A stretch of DNA of 64,000 bases, taken from Verrucomicrobiota bacterium (GTDB taxonomy: Bacteria > Verrucomicrobiota > Verrucomicrobiia > Limisphaerales > Palsa-1400). Positions 48,080-56,945 of this stretch are shown in pieces. Every line of letters begins with the position of its first letter. Within the stretch, counting starts at the first letter, position 1. The notes under the pieces were generated by a model, which was given only the letters and a program-made list of their open reading frames with translations, searched no databases and was not told the origin of the DNA. The DNA lies in the NCBI GenBank assembly GCA_049510745.1, contig JBEKYR010000006.1, positions 126,511 through 190,510 of the forward strand, given 5' to 3'. Position numbers and translations under genes: made by a program.

Positions 48080-48805
48080 ATGAAGATTTCGGTCATTGTG
48101 CCGGCGTTCAACGAGGAAAAACTCGTGGCCGCGACTCTGCGCAGCATCCAGGAGGCGGCCCGCAGTTTTACGCGGCGCGGCTGGGAGACGGAAATCATCG
48201 TTTGCGACAACAACTCGACGGACGCCACGGGGGACCTGGCGCGGGCGGCGGGCGCGCGGGTGGTCTTCGAGCCTGTCAATCAAATCGCGCGCGCCCGCAA
48301 CGCCGGCGCGGCGGCGGCCACCGGGGATTGGTTCATTTTTGTCGATGCCGACTCGCGGCCGACGGCGGAGTTGTTTGCGGAGGTGGCCGAAGAGGTTTGT
48401 CGCGGCGCCTGCCTGGCCGGCGGCTGCACGGTGCGGATGGATGAATGGCACTGGGCGGCGGCCGTCGGCACGGGCCTGTGGAACCTCGTCAGCCGGGTGA
48501 TGAAATGGGCGGCGGGGTCGTTTGTTTTTTGCGAGGCGGCGGCGTTTCGCAAGGCGGGGGGCTTCAGCCTGGAACTGTTCGCCTCGGAGGAGGTTGAACT
48601 GAGCCGGCGACTGAAGAAGCTGGCCAGGGAAAGCGGGAGGAAAATCGTCATTCTGCACCGGCATCCGCTCCTGACATCGGCGCGGAAAACGCGGCTCTAC
48701 TCGCGGGGCGACTGGCTGCGGTTTTTTGGAAAAGCGATTTTGAGCCCGCGGGCGACGATCACCAACCGGGAGGCGTGCGGGCCGTGGTACGACGGAAGGC
48801 GTTAG
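48080..48805 (+). CDS. GT2-family glycosyltransferase
   Basis: SVIVPAFNEE, VCDNNSTD, ARNAGA, FVDAD, ASEEVEL. Confidence 0.92.
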   Translation: MKISVIVPAFNEEKLVAATLRSIQEAARSFTRRGWETEIIVCDNNSTDATGDLARAAGARVVFEPVNQIARARNAGAAAATGDWFIFVDADSRPTAELFAEVAEEVCRGACLAGGCTVRMDEWHWAAAVGTGLWNLVSRVMKWAAGSFVFCEAAAFRKAGGFSLELFASEEVELSRRLKKLARESGRKIVILHRHPLLTSARKTRLYSRGDWLRFFGKAILSPRATITNREACGPWYDGRR

Positions 48806-48819
48806 AGCGAGCCTGGCGG

Positions 48820-48907
48820 GGTGAGCTCACCGGCCGCCGCCCTTCCGATGCTTCCGAATTGCCCGCCGACGTGCCGGGCGGCGGCTCGGCGCAACGTCTG
48901 GTTCGGC
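48820..48907 (-). mobile_element. attC-like integron recombination site (R' GTT missing)
   Basis: Minus strand GCCGAAC-cagac-GTTGCGCC, gccgccgccc/gggcggcggc stem, GGTGAGCTCACC. Confidence 0.7.
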
Positions 48908-49387
48908 ATTTTCTTTGCCGTCGTAGTAAACATCGAATCCCGCTTCTATGCCGCGATCTCCCAGGTACTTCATGACCTGTGGTGGAAGTCCGAAACCTTT
49001 GTTCCGCGAGGGCATCGAAAGCCCCACGAAGAAATCAACCTTGTATTTCTTCGTGAGCCTCTTCCAAAGCCCAACGGCAGACGGCAGACGGCGAAGCACC
49101 AACATCATGGCCTCGGCACAATCCCACTCGTCCGTTTCCGTCGGCTTCAAGACGAGCCGCCACGCTCCGAATCTGGCAATTCGCATCACCGTGCCGTCTT
49201 CTCGGAATACAGGTTTTCCTTTTTGTTGCGCCTCGTCAGGCTGACAACCCAGGAGCTTGGTCACTTCATCCGGGACAAGATCTTCGGAACTGATCCGGAA
49301 GCTCACGCTGAACCAATCGATCGGGCCACCGAACCAAACGGTCCCCGGCGGCGCGCCCTTCGGGATGGCTGGCTTTGGCGCTTTCAT
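48827..49387 (-). CDS. DUF4279-like cassette protein
   Basis: ISSEDLVPDEVTKLLGCQPD, GAWRL, GIEAGFDVY; ORF reads through the attC. Confidence 0.7.
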   Translation of the reverse strand: MKAPKPAIPKGAPPGTVWFGGPIDWFSVSFRISSEDLVPDEVTKLLGCQPDEAQQKGKPVFREDGTVMRIARFGAWRLVLKPTETDEWDCAEAMMLVLRRLPSAVGLWKRLTKKYKVDFFVGLSMPSRNKGFGLPPQVMKYLGDRGIEAGFDVYYDGKENAEPDVAPSRRPARRRAIRKHRKGGGR

Positions 49388-49390
49388 GCC

Positions 49391-49628
49391 AACTTTGATT
49401 ATGCGACGGCCGGTTCGTTTATTGAAACACAAAAATCCAGTCCTTCCGGGGAAGCTGGGCAATTCTTGCGCTTTCGCCTATGTCAAAAAATCGTTCACTT
49501 TCGGAATGGAATTGACAGGATGAACAGGATGAACAGGATGCGGAAATGGAAGAACAACTAGATTTTATCCTGTAAATCCTGTTCATCCTGTCAAAACGTC
49601 TTTCTTGGTTGCGGCTGGCCGCGTTGCG
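49391..49628. repeat. attI-like/GxxExxY unit, copy 1 (GxxExxY gene deleted)
   Basis: 49391-49557 is 159/167 identical to 50203-50369; 49564-49628 matches 50748-50811. Confidence 0.9.
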
Positions 49629-49695
49629 CCTTATGCGTTTCGTCTGGTCAGCAAAGAGGAAAAAGATCAGGTCCAGCGAGTCCGGCGACCAGGGC

Positions 49696-50196
49696 TTATC
49701 GGTCCGGTGCCGGGGAATCGGGGGATGTTATGGAAGCAGGGACAACCCGCCGCAACGCGCCGACGCCGGCAACCCGCCCAAAAACACCAATTTCATAGGC
49801 CTGACCCTTTGGTGACCCTCTGCCCGGCGCGGCGGTTGTTGCGTGCAGCGTCTTGTTCGGCGAGGCGGCGCGCCAAAGCGCACCAGCAAACAACGCGCTG
49901 AGAAGGACTGAACCACCGACAAATGCGCCCCAAAGACACCACAACCCTGTGATACTCCAACCTGCCTTGATCTCGTCCGGCTCGCTCATCGACCGCGGAA
50001 CGACATGTGCAACTGATTCTGGATGATGCACCCAGTCGCCAACAAATATGAAATCCATCGTGCCTCCGTCAGTGCAATAGTAGAGCTTGCCGTTGACGAA
50101 CGCATCCCACGCCCAAACGCAGACGAATGCCATCAGGAGCATGCTCATGGCAAATACTCCAACGCTTCCCATTACTCTGGCGAGGCTACCGTGCAT
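49696..50196 (-). CDS. Two-TM membrane cassette protein
   Basis: Starts just after GTTCGGC; tail PNKTLHAT is attC read-through. Confidence 0.65.
   Translation of the reverse strand: MHGSLARVMGSVGVFAMSMLLMAFVCVWAWDAFVNGKLYYCTDGGTMDFIFVGDWVHHPESVAHVVPRSMSEPDEIKAGWSITGLWCLWGAFVGGSVLLSALFAGALWRAASPNKTLHATTAAPGRGSPKGQAYEIGVFGRVAGVGALRRVVPASITSPDSPAPDR
49789..49821 (-). repeat. RAYT-type end repeat C with stutter
   Basis: agagggtcacc aaagggtcaggcctatgaaattggtg; 21/26 identical to 59235-59260. Confidence 0.6.
49822..49862 (-). mobile_element. Half attC site (R'' and L'' only)
   Basis: GCCGAAC-aagac-GCTGCACGCAAC; R'' is the exact complement of GTTCGGC at the cassette start. Confidence 0.7.
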
Positions 50197-50202
50197 ACGC
50201 CG

Positions 50203-50811
50203 AACTTTGATTATGCGACGGTTGGTTCGTTCATTAAAACACAAAAATCCAGTCCTTCCGGGGAAGCCGGGCAATTCTTGCGCTTTTGCCTATGTCAAAA
50301 AATCGTTCGCTTTCGGAAAGGAATTGACAGGATGAACAGGATGAACAGGATGCGGAAATGGAAGAACAAGAATTGACCGAAAAAATCATTGGCTGCACGA
50401 TGAAAGTTCATTCGGTGCTGGGACCGGGCTTTTTGGAGTCGGTTTACGCAAAGGCGTTGGCTCACGAGTTGCGCAAAGCCGGGCTGAAGGTCGAATGCGA
50501 GAAGCTGATCACGGTCAAATATGACGGCGTGGTGGTCGGCGACTTTTCCGCCGATAAGCTCGTGGCGGAGAAGGTCATGGTCGAAGAAAAAGCCATCCAA
50601 GCCCTCGCTCCGGCCCATGAAGCCCAGTTGGTGAATTACCTGACGGCGACCGGCATCGAGATCGGCCTGCTCCTGAACTTTGGCGCCCAACGTTTGGAGT
50701 TCAAACGCAAGTACCGGACCTATCGGGAAAAGGAACCCCCGAAAAACTTTATCCTGTAAATCCTGTTCATCCTGTCAAAACGTCTTTTTGGTTGCGGCTG
50801 GCCGCGCTGCG
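50203..50811. mobile_element. attI-like/GxxExxY unit, copy 2 (gene present)
   Basis: Repeat of 49391-49628; 28-bp inverted repeats 50324-50351 and 50751-50778 enclose the ORF. Confidence 0.8.
50358..50759 (+). CDS. GxxExxY protein (PD-(D/E)XK-like)
   Basis: VHSVLGPGFLESVY, AQLVNYL, GLLLNFG. Confidence 0.93.
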   Translation: MEEQELTEKIIGCTMKVHSVLGPGFLESVYAKALAHELRKAGLKVECEKLITVKYDGVVVGDFSADKLVAEKVMVEEKAIQALAPAHEAQLVNYLTATGIEIGLLLNFGAQRLEFKRKYRTYREKEPPKNFIL

Positions 50812-50921
50812 GCTTGGACAGCCTTTGTCCATGCGCCTGTTCCATAATCGGGTCAAAGTCAGGTCAAAGTTATGGCAAGGCCGGGGCGGACCGGCTATGT
50901 TAAAGCGAAACGGGAATTTAT

Positions 50922-51596
50922 ATGAATACGGGCGGCGCCAGCGGCATCATCCAGTTGCGACGGCTCTTGACGGAACGCTTTCCCCGCGCGCGAACGTGGG
51001 CGGAAAACGCCCCGCCCAAGACCCAGTCTTTCCTGCCGACGGGGCTGCCGCAGTTGGATGCGTTGCTGCAAGGCGGCTGGCTCAAAGGCGCGGTCACCGA
51101 GGTGGCCAGCCACGGGCCGGGCACGGGCAGCGCCCTGCTGCTGCGCGCGTTGCTGCGACAGACGCACCGGGCGGGCCGATGGATGGGGTTGATCGACGGC
51201 CGGGATTCCTTCGATCTGGCCGGGCTGGAGGCGGCGGTTTTGTCGCGGCTCTTTTGGGTGCGCTGCCAGACGGCGGAGGAGGCGCTGAAGGCGGCGGATT
51301 TTCTCCTGCGCGACCGCAATTTCCCCCTGATCGCGCTGGATTTGAAGATGAATCCCGCCGCCCAACTCCGAAAAATCTCCGGCACCACCTGGTATCGCCT
51401 GCAACGGATCGCGCGGCAAAACGCGACGACGTTGGTGGCGCTGACGCCGCGGGCCATGATCGCCGGCGCCGAGACGCGCCTGACGCTGGAAAGCCGGTTC
51501 ACCCTCTCCGCCTGGCCGCAAAGCGAAGAAGAACTCGTCAACCAGTTGGAATTTGACCTGGCCCGCTCCGCCGAGGCCGCCCAGGCCGCCGGCTAG
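50922..51596 (+). CDS. imuA: ImuA/RecA-like translesion-synthesis-associated protein
   Basis: LPTGLPQLDALLQGG...AVTEV; first gene of the cassette. Confidence 0.8.
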   Translation: MNTGGASGIIQLRRLLTERFPRARTWAENAPPKTQSFLPTGLPQLDALLQGGWLKGAVTEVASHGPGTGSALLLRALLRQTHRAGRWMGLIDGRDSFDLAGLEAAVLSRLFWVRCQTAEEALKAADFLLRDRNFPLIALDLKMNPAAQLRKISGTTWYRLQRIARQNATTLVALTPRAMIAGAETRLTLESRFTLSAWPQSEEELVNQLEFDLARSAEAAQAAG

Positions 51597-51609
51597 TCAA
51601 CTTTAAAAC

Positions 51610-53085
51610 TTGAGCATGTTCGCCGTCATCCACCTTCCCGATTTTGCGTTGCAGGCCGCCTTGCGGCCCGAACCGGAGTTGTGGCCGCGGCCGGTGGCGC
51701 TGCTGGAGGACGCGCCGGCCAAGGCGGTGGTCTGGCAAATGACGGAAGCGGCGCGGCAGGCGGGGGTGGGCCGCGGCCTGACGGCCACCCAGGCGACGGC
51801 CCGTTGCCGCGACGTGGTGATCAAAACGCGCGCGCGCGCGCAGGAACAAACCGTCACCGCCCTGCTGCTGCAATGCGCCGCGTGTTTTTCCCCGGCCGTC
51901 GAGGCGACGGCGGAAGGCGTTTGCACCCTGGACTTGAAGGGCCTTCCCGTGGCGGGGGAATTGGAAAAGTGGGCGCAAACAATAATTGACTCGCTGGCCC
52001 GGCTGCAATTGCGGGCGCGCGTCGGCGCCGCCGCCACGCCGCAGCTTGCCGGGCTGGCGGCCCAACGGGCGCGGCCCTTTTTGCTGGCGCGGAACGCGGA
52101 GGAATTCATCGCGGCGCTGCCGTTGGAAGCGTTGGAGCCGGACGCGGAGACGCTGGAAATCCTGGAAATGTGGGGCATCCGCACCGTGGGCGGGTTCCTG
52201 GCCCTGGGCAAGGAGAACCTGGCCGAACGCCTCGGCCCGGAAGCGGTGGAACTGTTCGAGCGGGCGTCCAGCCGCCGGGCGCGTCCGCTCCATCTGGCCG
52301 TCCCGGCGGAGACGTTTGAAGAAGGGATGGATTTTGAGCCGCCGGTCGAAACGCTCGAACCGCTGCTCTTCGTCCTGCGCCGCTTTGTCGGGCAATTGGC
52401 CCGGCGGCTGGAGATGGTTTATCAGGTGGCGGCGGAACTGGACCTGCGCCTGGGCCTCTCTTCCGGCGCCGTCTGCCGGCGCCTTTTCGTCATCCCCGCT
52501 CCCACGCGCGAGGTGGAGACGCTCTTCCGCATCCTGCAAACCCATTTGGAAAATGTCCGCACCGACGCGCCGATCGTCTCGTTGCGGCTGTGCGCCAAAC
52601 CGGGCCGGGCGGCGCGCCATCAATTCGGTTTGTTCGAAGCCGCCTTGCGCGATCCCAATCAATTCCATGAAACGCTGGCCCGTCTCAGCGCGCTGCTCGG
52701 AAGCCAGCGCGTCGGCACGCCGCGCCTGGAGGAAACGCACCGGCCGGACAGTTTTCGGATGGAATTGGAGGGGTTGAGCGCGCCGTCTGCGGACGAACCC
52801 GCCGCCGACGCCGGCCATGAACCGCCCACCGGCCCAGCCTTGCGCCGCTTCCGGCCTCCCCTGCCCGCGACCGTGGAGATGCGCTCGGAACAGCCGGCGC
52901 TCTTGCGCAGCGCGCCCTTCACCGGCCCGATCGCGCGGGTGCGCGGGCCGTGGCGGGTGTCCGGCCATTGGTGGGACGCCCAGGCGTGGGCGCGCGAGGA
53001 GTGGGACGCGCAAACTCACCAAGGCGAATTGTTCCGCCTGGCGCGGCAGGGCGAACAATGGTTTGTCGATGGAATTTTTGATTGA
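51610..53085 (+). CDS. imuB: Inactive Y-family polymerase ImuB
   Basis: ARQAGVGRGLT, CFSPAVE, WGIRTVG, GPWRVSGHWW. Confidence 0.88.
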   Translation: MSMFAVIHLPDFALQAALRPEPELWPRPVALLEDAPAKAVVWQMTEAARQAGVGRGLTATQATARCRDVVIKTRARAQEQTVTALLLQCAACFSPAVEATAEGVCTLDLKGLPVAGELEKWAQTIIDSLARLQLRARVGAAATPQLAGLAAQRARPFLLARNAEEFIAALPLEALEPDAETLEILEMWGIRTVGGFLALGKENLAERLGPEAVELFERASSRRARPLHLAVPAETFEEGMDFEPPVETLEPLLFVLRRFVGQLARRLEMVYQVAAELDLRLGLSSGAVCRRLFVIPAPTREVETLFRILQTHLENVRTDAPIVSLRLCAKPGRAARHQFGLFEAALRDPNQFHETLARLSALLGSQRVGTPRLEETHRPDSFRMELEGLSAPSADEPAADAGHEPPTGPALRRFRPPLPATVEMRSEQPALLRSAPFTGPIARVRGPWRVSGHWWDAQAWAREEWDAQTHQGELFRLARQGEQWFVDGIFD

Positions 53086-53087
53086 CC

Positions 53088-56000
53088 ATGTACGCCGAAC
53101 TCCACGCGCGCAGCGCCTTTAGTTTTCTCCGGGCCTCCTCCCCGCCGGAGCAACTGGCCGCCGCCGCCGCCGAACTGGGCCTGCGCGCGCTGGCGTTGTG
53201 CGACCGGGACGGCCTCTATGGCGCTCCGCGCTTCTGCCAGGCGGCCAGGGAACACGGCCTGCGCCCGATCCTGGGCGCGGAAGTCACGATGGAGGACGGC
53301 GCCGTGCTGCCGGTGCTGGTGGAAAACCGCGCCGGCTACCAGAACCTCTGCCGCCTGCTCACGCGCGCCCATCTGCGCGCCGCCAAGGGCGAAAGCCGGG
53401 TCGAGTGGAGCGAATGGCCGGAATTCGCCGAAGGATTGGTCGCGCTGACCGGCGACGAGGAAGGCCCGCTGGCCCGGGAAATCCGGGCGGACCGGGCCAA
53501 CGCGCGGGGCGCCCCCAAGGCGGCGCGGATGATGGAACAACTTCTGCGGATTTTCGGCCGCGACCGGCTCCACGTCGAAATCCACCGCCACCGCCGGCGC
53601 GGGGAGGAAGTTGTCAATAATACCCTTGCGCGGCTGGCGGAGGCCTTTTCCCTGCCGCTGCTGGCCGCCAACGGCCCGCTTTACGCGCGCCCCGGCGGGC
53701 GCCAGGCGCTGGACGTGTTCACCTGCATCCGGCATCACACGCACCTGGACGCCGCCGGCAAATTGCTGGCGCCCAACAGCGAGCGTTATTTGAAAGGCGC
53801 GGCGGAGATGACGGCCCTGTTCCGGGACCTGCCGGAGGCGGTGGAAAACACGGGCCGCCTGGCGGACCGGCTTTCTTTCACCTTGTCGGATTTGGGCTAC
53901 GAGTTTCCGCGCTACCCCGTGGCCGCGGGCGAAACAATGGAAGGCGTGCTGTGCGGGCAGACGCTGGCCGGGGCACGGCGCCGTTACGAGGGCGCGATTC
54001 CCGCCAAAGTGGCCCGGCAAATCGAACAGGAGCTGGCCGTCATCGAAAAGCTCGGGTTCGCCGGATACTTTTTGATCGTGGCGGACCTGGTCCGATTCTG
54101 CCGCGAGCACGACATCATGGCGCAGGGCCGCGGCAGCGCGGCCAACAGCACGGTCTGTTTCTGTCTCGGCATCACGGCGGTCGATCCGCTCAAATACCAT
54201 ACGCTCTTCGAGCGTTTTCTGAGCGAGGGACGCAAAGGCTGGCCGGACATTGATCTGGACCTGCCGAGCGGCGAGCGGCGCGAAAAGGTGATCCAGGAAG
54301 TGTATCGGCGCTACGGCCCGTGCGGCGCGGCCATGACGGCCAACGTCATCACCTATCGCGGGCGCAGCGCCGCACGCGAAATCGGCAAGGCGCTGAATTT
54401 CCCGGACAGCTTGCTCGACCGTTTTTCCCATCTCTTCGGTCACGGCGATTATCCGCACACCCTGGACCTGAGCGAGCAAATGGAGCGGGCCGGATTGCCC
54501 CGGGAACATCCGCGCGCCGCCGCGTTCGCTGCGCTTTACGCCCAGATTCATTCCTTGCCCCGCCATCTGGGCCAGCATTCCGGCGGCATGATTATTTGCC
54601 AGGGCAAATTGGATTCCGTCGTCCCCCTGGAAAACGCCGCCATGCCCGGACGCGTCGTCGCTCAATGGGACAAGGACGATTGCGAAGACCTGGGCATCAT
54701 CAAGGTCGATCTGCTCGGCTTGGGCATGATGTCGGTGTTGCAGGAGGCCATCGCCTTGACCGGCCGGCGCGGCCAGCCCGTCGATCTGGCAAAAATTCCC
54801 AACGACGACCCCGCCACCTTTCAAATGATGTGCCAGGCGGACACGATCGGCGTCTTCCAAATCGAGAGCCGCGCGCAAATGGCGACCTTGCCGCGCCTGA
54901 AGCCGAAATGTTTTTACGACGTGGTGGTCGAGGTGGCGATCATCCGCCCCGGCCCCATCCAGGGCGACATGGTGCATCCCTATTTGGCGCGGCGGGCCGG
55001 GCGCGAACCGGTGGTGTATGACGACGAGCGGCTGCGGCCCGTCCTGGAGCGCACGCTGGGCGTGCCGCTGTTCCAGGAGCAGCTCCTGCAAATCGCCATG
55101 GTCATGGCCGGTTTTTCCGGCGCCGAAGCCGAGGAATTGCGCCGCGCCGTCAGCTCCTGGCGCTCGGGGGAACGGATGCAAAAGGTCACGGCCAAAATGC
55201 GCGCCAACATGGAGGCCAGAGGGGTCGCGCCGGATATTATTGACAGGATTTTGAAGGCGGTCGCCTCGTTCGCGCTCTACGGTTTTCCCGAATCGCACGC
55301 CATCAGTTTCGCCATCCTCGCCTACGGCAGCGCGTGGTTGAAAGCGCACCGGGCGCCGGAGTTTTACACCGCCCTCCTGAACAATCAGCCGATGGGTTTC
55401 TACGCGCCCGCCACCCTGGTCCGCGATGCCAGACGGCACGGCGTCAAAATACGGCCCGTCTGCGTGGCGCGCTCCGAGTGGCAGTGCGTCATCGAGCCGG
55501 ATGACGCCGTCCGCCTGGGCTTCTGCCTCGTGCAAGGAATGCAACGCGAACAGGTCCTGCGGCTGCTGGAGGAGCGGCGGGGCCGGCCCTTTGTTTCGAT
55601 GGAGGATTTCAAAAGGCGGAGCGGATTGAACAAGGCCGGGTGGCGCGCCCTGGCGGAAATCGGCGCGCTCAACTGCCTGGCCCGCCACCGCCGCGACGCG
55701 CTCTGGCAGGTGGAGAAAGATATATTTGACGACGATTTGTTTTCCTGGGCCGCGCGCCGGGCCGGCGCCGCCGCGCCCGCGGAGGAGCCGTCCCCGCTGG
55801 CGGCGATGGCGGCCACGGAGCGGCTGCGGGCGGATTACAAGCGCCTGCGTTTGACGACCGGGCCGCATCCGATGGCGCTGGCGCGACCGCAACTGGCCGG
55901 CGTCTGGCGGGCGGGCGACCTCCCGGCGGCGCGGCATGGCCAGACCGTGCGCATCGCCGGCAACGTGATATGCCGGCAGCGGCCCGGCACGGCCAAGGGA

Positions 56001-56219
56001 TTTGTCTTCATCAGCCTGGAAGATGAGACCGGCGTGAGCAACGCCATCGTCACGCCCAAGCTATTCGAGGAATTGCGCCTGGTCATCACCCAGGAACCGT
56101 TCCTGGAAATCGAAGGCCCGGTGCAAAACACGGACAACGTGATTGTGATCAAGGCCCGCCGCATCGCCGCGCTGCCGCCCAACAAACTGGCCGCCGCCGC
56201 CTCGCACGATTTTCATTGA
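53088..56219 (+). CDS. dnaE2: Error-prone DNA polymerase III alpha subunit
   Basis: YAELHARSAFSFL, GRGSAANS, PDIDLD, RQRPGTAKG, C-terminal SHDFH. Confidence 0.96.
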   Translation: MYAELHARSAFSFLRASSPPEQLAAAAAELGLRALALCDRDGLYGAPRFCQAAREHGLRPILGAEVTMEDGAVLPVLVENRAGYQNLCRLLTRAHLRAAKGESRVEWSEWPEFAEGLVALTGDEEGPLAREIRADRANARGAPKAARMMEQLLRIFGRDRLHVEIHRHRRRGEEVVNNTLARLAEAFSLPLLAANGPLYARPGGRQALDVFTCIRHHTHLDAAGKLLAPNSERYLKGAAEMTALFRDLPEAVENTGRLADRLSFTLSDLGYEFPRYPVAAGETMEGVLCGQTLAGARRRYEGAIPAKVARQIEQELAVIEKLGFAGYFLIVADLVRFCREHDIMAQGRGSAANSTVCFCLGITAVDPLKYHTLFERFLSEGRKGWPDIDLDLPSGERREKVIQEVYRRYGPCGAAMTANVITYRGRSAAREIGKALNFPDSLLDRFSHLFGHGDYPHTLDLSEQMERAGLPREHPRAAAFAALYAQIHSLPRHLGQHSGGMIICQGKLDSVVPLENAAMPGRVVAQWDKDDCEDLGIIKVDLLGLGMMSVLQEAIALTGRRGQPVDLAKIPNDDPATFQMMCQADTIGVFQIESRAQMATLPRLKPKCFYDVVVEVAIIRPGPIQGDMVHPYLARRAGREPVVYDDERLRPVLERTLGVPLFQEQLLQIAMVMAGFSGAEAEELRRAVSSWRSGERMQKVTAKMRANMEARGVAPDIIDRILKAVASFALYGFPESHAISFAILAYGSAWLKAHRAPEFYTALLNNQPMGFYAPATLVRDARRHGVKIRPVCVARSEWQCVIEPDDAVRLGFCLVQGMQREQVLRLLEERRGRPFVSMEDFKRRSGLNKAGWRALAEIGALNCLARHRRDALWQVEKDIFDDDLFSWAARRAGAAAPAEEPSPLAAMAATERLRADYKRLRLTTGPHPMALARPQLAGVWRAGDLPAARHGQTVRIAGNVICRQRPGTAKGFVFISLEDETGVSNAIVTPKLFEELRLVITQEPFLEIEGPVQNTDNVIVIKARRIAALPPNKLAAAASHDFH

Positions 56220-56266
56220 GAGCCGGTTCATAATTTCAGAATTCACGGATAAGAAGCCCGTGTTGG

Positions 56267-56368
56267 CTGTCCGCCGACTTGTCCCGCCATAGCGCCCAGC
56301 GCGACGGCGGAAGCCTTGGCGAAGGCGGACCTGTCCCGCCGTAGCTCCGTCTGCGGAGCGAAGGTGGA
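56267..56368. repeat. Cluster of palindromic TGTCCGCC...GGCGGA repeats (REP-like)
   Basis: Three units, one nested inside another; further copies at 58800-58840 and 59536-59565. Confidence 0.75.
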
Positions 56369-56539
56369 TCCCCAGCATTGCGCCCCGCCAGCCCTCGCAC
56401 CACTATGGCCAATGCCGCCACCACCGGGACAAAATTATCTTGCGCAACACTTAAGTTGGGTTTACGACTCTTCCGTAAATATTGTGAAACCCACAATGTT
56501 GCACATTTGTTTACTTGAGGCCGAAACGACAGCACTATT

Positions 56540-56812
56540 ATGACACCCATCCAAGAACTTGGCGTAATCGAGGAGCTGGTTCTGAATCGCGCATCGCCAG
56601 CAGAAATCCGTCCCCATTTACTTTTGCTTCTTCCACAGATTGAGGCTTTGGTTCAAAAGGAACAGGCATACGCCACACTCGAAAAGGCGAACGCGGAACT
56701 CAAAGAGCAGTTTTCTAAGTTCGAGACGAAAGCTCGTGTCCAGATCTCCAATCTTCAACGGCAAAACTCCGACCTTGAGTCCCAGCTTCGGGTCGTAACC
56801 CTCGGTTTTTAG
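56540..56812 (+). CDS. Hypothetical coiled-coil protein
   Basis: 90-aa ORF with heptad pattern; low GC. Confidence 0.5.
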   Translation: MTPIQELGVIEELVLNRASPAEIRPHLLLLLPQIEALVQKEQAYATLEKANAELKEQFSKFETKARVQISNLQRQNSDLESQLRVVTLGF

Positions 56813-56945
56813 TAATGACCCCTAACAAATGTCACCCAATTTGTAGGACAGACATTCTGGGTTTTCCCTCCGGGCAATGCCCTGCAAAAATAGACCCCGT
56901 CACGTCCCTTTTTTGGAGCGAACACGGGCGCACAGAAAGGATTCT

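Noticed and set aside
49512..49594. Possible CRISPR array or simple terminator
   Set aside because: These are 9-bp tandem units in inverted arms without spacers, better explained as GxxExxY element arms.
53016..55937. 973-aa minus-strand ORF
   Set aside because: Antisense shadow of dnaE2.
56830..56854. tgtcacccaatttgtaggacagaca resembling an IS481 end
   Set aside because: Only partial similarity to 3811-3833, with no partner end or transposase nearby.
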